Shown here piece by piece: positions 60,726-64,000 of a DNA stretch of 64,000 nucleotides. Source of the DNA: an uncultured Planctomycetota bacterium. Its GTDB lineage: Bacteria > Planctomycetota > Planctomycetia > Pirellulales > Lacipirellulaceae. Position numbers and translations under genes: made by a program. The stretch is from contig CAVRBU010000002.1 of assembly GCA_963719315.1 (NCBI GenBank), positions 480,001-544,000 on the forward strand, given 5' to 3'. Numbering within the stretch: position 1 is the stretch's first letter; each line of letters starts with the position of its first letter. The notes under the pieces are model-generated. The model was not told the DNA's origin, ran no database searches, and saw nothing but the letters and a program-made list of their open reading frames with translations.

Positions 60726-61256
60726 ATGTCGTCTGAGCTACCCCATTATCTGCTTCATGTCGAAACGTATCGTTCCGCCCGCGGCACTCCGCGTTGGAAG
60801 TTTGCGCTGCAGCCGGTCGGGAGCGAGGACCGGCTGACCGCGGCCGACGCGGAAACGACCTCTCGCCGCAGCCGGCTGGAGTTGCTGGCCGTCGTGCGAG
60901 GGCTTGAGGCCCTGGATCGCCCGGCGCGGGTCACGTTGCTCACCCGCAGCCGGTACGTGAGCCGCGGCATCCGCCGCCAACTCAGCCAGTGGCGCGAGCA
61001 CCATTGGCAATGGGAGCGATTCGGCACGATGGCGCCAATTCGCGACTACGACCTGTGGCGGCGAGTCGATCGGGCGCTCGAGTTTCACAGCGTCGAGTGC
61101 TGCGTGTGGCAGGCCCACGAATCGCCGGTACGAAAACCGCAGTTCGCTCGTGCTCAACGGGGTTGGTCGATTGCCGCGGCCCTGGGGATCCTGCGGCAAG
61201 GCGTTTTGACTTCGTTTCCAGCCCTTCGGCGGCCCACGTTTACTCGGGCCGCCTGA
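60726..61256 (+). CDS. RNase HI-fold protein with degenerate active site
   Basis: RLELLAVVRGLEAL..VTLLTRSRYV..W...W..I.D.DLW matches the RNase HI core. Confidence 0.75.
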   Translation: MSSELPHYLLHVETYRSARGTPRWKFALQPVGSEDRLTAADAETTSRRSRLELLAVVRGLEALDRPARVTLLTRSRYVSRGIRRQLSQWREHHWQWERFGTMAPIRDYDLWRRVDRALEFHSVECCVWQAHESPVRKPQFARAQRGWSIAAALGILRQGVLTSFPALRRPTFTRAA

Positions 61257-61296
61257 CACCGCAAAATAGATACCACGACAGGCTCAAAATAACGCC

Positions 61297-61357
61297 GTAG
61301 CTGAAGTCGCAAGACTTCAGACCTCACGAAGACCCGAATTCTTGCGAATTCCGCTAC
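61297..61357. repeat. REP-like doublet, family A, ending 6 nt before the glgB ATG
   Basis: GTAGctgaagtcgcaagacttcag ... ccgaattcttgcgaattccgCTAC. Confidence 0.85.
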
Positions 61358-61363
61358 GGTAAG

Positions 61364-63638
61364 ATGGAGATCAACTCTGTGCACACCCAGCTTCCTTTGC
61401 AATCGATCGGCCCGGTCATCCATGGTTACCACGAAAACCCCTTCGAGGTACTGGGGCCGCATGAAATCGAACAAAACGGTCGGCGTGCGCTGGCCGTGCG
61501 AGCATACTTGCCCGAGGCCCAGCAAGCCTGGGTTATCGATCCGGCCCACGGCGTTACCCGACCAATGCGACGGATTCATCCGGCCGGCCTGTTCGAAGCG
61601 GTTTGCCCTTCAACCTTCGACACCGGACACCAGATCGAAGATTCGCCGCGGCGAACACCTGACACCTCTCCCATTCCCGCCTACCAACTCCGGGTAACGT
61701 ACAAATCCGGCGAGACTCACACAATGCACGATCCGTACTCCTTTCCGCCGATGCTCTCCGACTACGACTTGCACCTTCTCGGCGAGGGTACGCATTGGCG
61801 GAGCTACGACCGGCTCGGCGCCCACCTGCGCACGATCGATGGCGTGGCCGGCGTGAACTTCGCCGTCTGGGCACCCAACGCAGAAAGCGTGGCCGTCGTC
61901 GGCGATTTCAATATGTGGGACCGCCGCAGTCACGCGATGCGGAAGCACATCCCCAGCGGCGTGTGGGAATTGTTCGTGCCTGGCACGACCATCGGCGCCA
62001 AGTACAAATACGCGGTCAAGCAACGCGGCGGCCGCGTGGTTGATAAATGCGATCCTTACGGATTCTTCGCCGAGGTGCCGCCGCTGACGGCCAACATCGT
62101 GGCCGACCTCGACGACTACCAGTGGAACGACGCCGAGTGGATCCGCACGCGGCCCCAACACAACGCGCTCGATGCGCCGCAATCCATCTACGAGATGCAC
62201 CTCGGCAGTTGGCGCCGCGACCCGGCAGACCCCGCCCGCTGGCTGAGCTACGGCGAGATCGCCCCGCAATTGGCCGAATACTGCCGGAAAATGGGTTTTA
62301 CTCACGTGCAACTGATGCCCGTCAGCGAGCACCCGTTCACCGGAAGCTGGGGCTACCAGACCACCGGCTATTACGCCGCCACGAGCCGCTACGGCAGGCC
62401 CCAGGACTTCATGTACTTCGTCGATCTGCTACACCGGAACGGCATCGGCGTGATCATCGACTGGGTGCCGGCCCACTTCCCCAAAGACGACCACGGCCTG
62501 CGCCAGTTCGACGGCACGCGCCCTCTACGAACACGCCGACCCACGCAAGGGCGAGCACCCCGATTGGGGCACGATGATCTTCAACTACGGCCGCAACGAA
62601 ATTCGCAACTTCCTCCTCTCGAACGCTTTATTCTGGCTGGACAAGTACCACATCGACGGGCTCCGCGTCGATGCCGTCGCCTCGATGCTGTACCTCGATT
62701 ACAGCCGCAAGGAAGGCGAGTGGGAACCCAACTGTTTCGGCGGCCGCGAGAATCTGGAAGCCATCGACTTCCTCAAGAAGTTCAACGAAGAAGTCCATCT
62801 GCAATACCCCGGCGTCCTCACGATCGCCGAGGAATCGACCGCCTGGACCGGCGTCTCGCGACCCACCTACGTCGGCGGTCTCGGCTTCTCGCTCAAATGG
62901 AACATGGGCTGGATGAACGACACCCGCGAGTACATGCACAAGGACCCGATCCACCGCAAGTTCCACCACGACGAGCTCACGTTCTCGTTGATCTACGCCT
63001 TCACGGAAAACTTCTGCCTGCCGCTGTCGCACGACGAAGTGGTACACGGCAAAGGCTCGCTCCTGGACCAGATGCCCGGCGACCTGTGGCAGCGGTTTGC
63101 CAACCTGCGGCTAATGTACGGCTACATGTGGTCCCACCCCGGCAAAAAGCTGCTCTTCATGGGCGGCGAATTCGGCCAGTGGACCGAGTGGAACTGCAAC
63201 GAATCGCTGCAATGGCACTTGCTCGATTGGCAATCGCACGAGGGAGTGCAACGCTACCTGGCCGATCTGAACGCCTTGTATCGTCGCGAGCCGGCCTTGC
63301 ACGAGGTCGATTTCGACTGGTTCGGTTTCGAGTGGATCGACTGCCACAACTGGCAAGACAGCGTGCTGTCCTTCATCCGCAAGGCCAAGGACCCGAACGA
63401 TTACGTGATCTGCTGCTGCAATTTCACACCGGTGCCGCGCGTGGCGTACAAACTCGGCGTGCCGGAAACGTGCTGGTACGAAGAGATCAGCAACAGCGAC
63501 AGCACATTCTACGGCGGCAGCGATCTGGGCAACGCGGGCGGCCTCCAAGCCCTCCCCGTCGAACACCACGGCCGCCCGGCGAGCATCGAAGTCACCTTAC
63601 CACCGCTGGCAATGGTGATGTTCAAGCCCCGGCGGTAG
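61364..63638 (+). CDS. glgB: 1,4-alpha-glucan branching enzyme, frameshift near 62520
   Basis: [21 protein letters not shown] in frame 1; [27 protein letters not shown] in frame 2. Confidence 0.96.
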
Positions 63639-63769
63639 AGCGGTAGAGAGATTTTCAACCTGACGCTTGCGCCCTGCGGCTGATCCGTTCGCCCGCCGAA
63701 TCAGCCGGCACGCGCTAGCGTCCGGTTTGTCCTGCCTAAAAGGTCAAACAAGACTCGGAACGATCTTGC

Positions 63770-64000
63770 TCAGCCGCCGCTGGACCTCTCGTCTTCCGGC
63801 GCCGATTGATCCTGTCCCTGCTTTTCCATGTCCTTATCCCGCTGCCACTTGAGATTGGAGTTTTTCGTAATATCGGCCACCAGGCTGCTGGCGACTTCTT
63901 GCGCATGGCCTTGAATCATCGTGCCCAGACCCGGCCAGGTGTTGGCCTCGGCCAGATACTCCGAACGCAAATCGTTGAGTGGCGGTTGATGCTCAACCAG
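63770..64000 (-). CDS. 3' end of a gene entering from beyond the window
   Basis: Open frame from the window edge to TGA at 63770; function not identifiable. Confidence 0.5.
   Translation of the reverse strand: MVEHQPPLNDLRSEYLAEANTWPGLGTMIQGHAQEVASSLVADITKNSNLKWQRDKDMEKQGQDQSAPEDERSSGG

Noticed and set aside
1759..63638. Calling the eight frameshifted genes pseudogenes
   Set aside because: Each has a single small indel with both parts otherwise intact, including housekeeping genes such as trpS, dcd and glgB.
4..63646. Numerous long antisense or alternate-frame ORFs (e.g. 6889..7800 +, 31406..32401 +, 36293..37339 +)
   Set aside because: Shadow ORFs of high-GC genes that have clear homology on the other strand or frame.

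Overview
GC-rich chromosomal segment of a planctomycete, most likely Pirellulales/Lacipirellulaceae (inferred from PEP-CTERM proteins with a GDFNxDGxVDAADY dockerin-like module, an inverse-autotransporter-like protein and several zinc-ribbon/membrane proteins). It is mostly housekeeping: murB, trmL, sucC/sucD, apbE, greA, dnaG-rpoD, htrA, aat, trpS, pyrD, HU/IHF, cysteine desulfurase, moaA/E/D, folE, nth, dcd, purU and glgB. Accessory genes include three PEP-CTERM surface proteins, a PAS-GGDEF cyclase, an SMC-like ATPase, a VapBC-type pair, DUF2089 plus a TPR protein, a stand-alone MshEN-repeat protein and a degenerate RNase H. I saw no rRNA, tRNA, CRISPR array or transposase. Eight genes carry small frameshifts; seven of these sit at a GCGC, suggesting methylation-linked sequencing error. 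The most unusual signal is non-coding. Many gene junctions hold either a paired inverted array of 7-9 nt tandem repeats (different unit at each locus, same architecture, often ending within 10 nt of the next start codon) or a GTAG/GTGG-footed REP-like palindrome, and several of these elements have entered coding sequence in frame. The best novel protein candidate is a zinc-ribbon/membrane protein ending in an isolated DNA-ligase OB-like domain.
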